Notes under the pieces: generated by a model
Told to the model about the DNA's origin: nothing
Database searches by the model: none
Seen by the model: only the letters and a program-made list of their open reading frames with translations
NCBI GenBank assembly: GCA_011046315.1
Contig: DSAU01000017.1
Location: 1-34,102, forward strand
Direction of reading: 5' to 3'
Length of the DNA: 34,102 nucleotides
Source: a bacterium
GTDB taxonomy: Bacteria; Zhuqueibacterota; Zhuqueibacteria; Thermofontimicrobiales; Thermofontimicrobiaceae
In this document: positions 33,045 to 34,102 of the stretch, in pieces
Layout: every line of letters begins with the position of its first letter
How positions within the stretch are numbered: the stretch's first letter is position 1
Translations under genes and position numbers: made by a program

Positions 33045-33065
33045 AAAATGAATGGGATTCATTTT
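33045..33065. promoter_or_regulatory. 21-bp palindrome AAAATGAAT-GGG-ATTCATTTT containing ATGAAT/ATTCAT half-sites
   Basis: It has 9-bp perfect arms with a 3-nt centre. The half-sites resemble those of the 18-bp operator at 33894 but with different spacing. It lies about 15 bp upstream of the -35 at 33025..33030. Confidence 0.35.
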
Positions 33066-33228
33066 AAGGAGTCAATACCGGAAGAAAATATTGCGATAGA
33101 AATTAGCTTGGAACAAAAAAATTTCTTCACATCAAAAAATCGACGCTGAAGTATGGTCTGGGTAACATATTGAGATAACATGGATGTTCAGCTTTCTTTA
33201 ATGTGGGGATTCTTATAATCATTCGTCC

Positions 33229-33846
33229 TCAACCGGCTGAAACCAGATTCTTATCCGGGTTCAGTACTCCGTCAATAAAAATATCCCCGATAATTTTTCC
33301 GGAAAGCTGCAAGCTGTATTTTTTATTTTTTGATAGCACCCAGTAACTGGAGATCTCATCGAGAGCGCCAAAAAGGATGCGTTTGGCGACTCCCGGGACG
33401 ATATCCTGGCGAACTTTCCCCTCTTTCTGTCCCTGGATAATGATCGTTGAAATGATGTTCAAATAATCGCTGAATTTAGTGCCGGAATAGCCTTTCATAA
33501 ACTTATGACTCTGGCGTAATTCAATTTGCATCACCTCAGCCAACTGACGATTTTCACCAATTAAATTCAGATGTTTTTCGATAAACTTGCGCAGCTTATT
33601 CTCAAATCCGGACTCCTGTGCAATTTCATCACGAACGTTTTTAATAATTTTATTCATTTCATCTTCAAACAACGAGATCAGGATATCGTCCTTATTTTTA
33701 AAGTACAAATAAATGGTTCCATCTGCCACTTTTGCCAATTTCGCGATCTGAGATATCTTGGAATTATAAAAACCGTTTTGTGCAAAAACCTGGGTTGCCG
33801 CTTTGATAATTCTTTCCCGTTTATCGTTATGTTCTTTGTTCTGCAT
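33229..33846 (-). CDS. TetR-family transcriptional repressor, FadR/YsiA-like (fatty-acid degradation regulator)
   Basis: The N-terminal TetR HTH reads RERIIKAATQVFAQNGFYNSKISQIAKLAKVADGTIYLYFKNKDDIL. The gene lies upstream of etfBA, as in the Bacillus fadR-etf arrangement. A perfect palindromic operator sits in its own promoter. Confidence 0.85.
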   Translation of the reverse strand: MQNKEHNDKRERIIKAATQVFAQNGFYNSKISQIAKLAKVADGTIYLYFKNKDDILISLFEDEMNKIIKNVRDEIAQESGFENKLRKFIEKHLNLIGENRQLAEVMQIELRQSHKFMKGYSGTKFSDYLNIISTIIIQGQKEGKVRQDIVPGVAKRILFGALDEISSYWVLSKNKKYSLQLSGKIIGDIFIDGVLNPDKNLVSAG

Positions 33847-33893
33847 TTTCTAAAACCTGTCTTTCAATGGATAAAATTAGAACAAATATTGTA

Positions 33894-33911
33894 GTGAATG
33901 AGTACTCATTC
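33894..33911. promoter_or_regulatory. perfect 18-bp palindromic operator TGAATGAGTACTCATTCA (FadR/YsiA-box-like)
   Basis: TGAATGAGT/ACTCATTCA is exactly self-complementary. It starts 2 nt downstream of the predicted -10 of the TetR gene promoter. It matches my recollection of the Bacillus FadR box (TGAATGA-N4-TCATTCA). Confidence 0.7.
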
Positions 33912-33913
33912 AT

Positions 33914-33941
33914 AAATATAGAATTTTTTTGCTCAATGTCA
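33914..33941 (-). promoter_or_regulatory. sigma-70-type promoter of the TetR/FadR-like gene (TTGACA-16 nt-TATATT)
   Basis: Minus strand reads acTTGACATTGagcaaaaaaattcTATATTTAtgaatgag... The -35 is at 33941..33936 and the -10 at 33919..33914. The ATG is about 70 nt downstream. Confidence 0.6.
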
Positions 33942-34001
33942 AGTACTTTTTCTGTTTGAAATTCCTTAACTTATCCGAACTATATTTTTTTAAAATATTG
34001 C

Positions 34002-34030
34002 TTGACATTTTTGTAAATTTGAGTTATTAT
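34002..34030 (+). promoter_or_regulatory. candidate divergent plus-strand sigma-70 promoter (TTGACA-17 nt-TATTAT) pointing out of the right edge
   Basis: Plus strand reads cTTGACAtttttgtaaatttgagtTATTATtaatg. This is the only plus-strand signal I consider credible. Its target gene would lie beyond nt 34102. Confidence 0.35.
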
Positions 34031-34102
34031 TAATGTATTGTAATATAGTCAATATCTATTTTATTTATCAATCTCAAATTAGCACAAATTTGTTCATTGT
34101 AG

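Noticed and set aside
33048-33149. 33-codon plus-strand ORF (MNGIHFKESIPEEN...) in the etfB upstream spacer
   Set aside because: It has no SD. Its ATG lies inside the 21-bp palindrome, it sits on the otherwise non-coding strand, and no motif was recognised.
1-34102. CRISPR arrays, tRNA/rRNA genes, transposases, integrases, toxin-antitoxin or defence genes
   Set aside because: No regularly spaced direct repeats, cloverleaf-capable segments or recognisable mobile or defence protein motifs were seen on either strand. The only mobile-like features are the short non-coding repeats reported above.

Overview
The 34.1-kb window holds about 19 protein genes, all on the minus strand. Spacers are long and AT-rich, and most genes have Shine-Dalgarno-type RBSs (AAGGAG/GGAGG/GAGGG). 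I saw no rRNA, tRNA or CRISPR array. The source is probably a non-Bacteroidetes member of the FCB superphylum (Ignavibacteria/Calditrichota/KSB1-like). That guess rests only on the T9SS C-terminal sorting domains (..NYPNPFN..), SD usage and sigma-54-type regulation, and cannot be checked here.

In transcription order (right to left) there are three modules:
1. A fatty-acid-oxidation electron-transfer module: a TetR/FadR-like repressor with a perfect 18-bp operator over its own promoter, etfB, etfA, and a membrane HdrD/DUF224-type Fe-S oxidoreductase.
2. A sensory module: a membrane-anchored orphan solute-binding protein, an atypical sensor histidine kinase, and a sigma-54-dependent (NtrC-type) response regulator.
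3. A SusD-less beta-glucan utilisation locus: GH5+CBM6, two GH3 beta-glucosidases, a Na+/sugar symporter, a non-catalytic multi-CBM protein, a TonB-dependent receptor, a 1163-aa protein with a variant T9SS tail, a PorV/PorQ-family barrel, GH9, a SurA-like protein, and a GH16 lichenase. The lichenase is missing from the ORF track and runs off the left edge.

The best candidate for an undescribed system is the trio of TonB-dependent receptor, giant variant-CTD protein and PorV/PorQ-like barrel at the centre of the glucanase cluster. It may be controlled by the SBP/kinase/sigma-54 activator module. Supporting signals are a sigma-54-like promoter that also reads as an extended -10, a 16-mer shared by two upstream regions, a 65-codon frame with two consensus SDs split by one TGA, and a family of GTCAYTGCGA...AATCTC palindromic repeats, one of them inside a MITE-like unit.

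All family assignments come from motif recognition by eye. No database search was possible.
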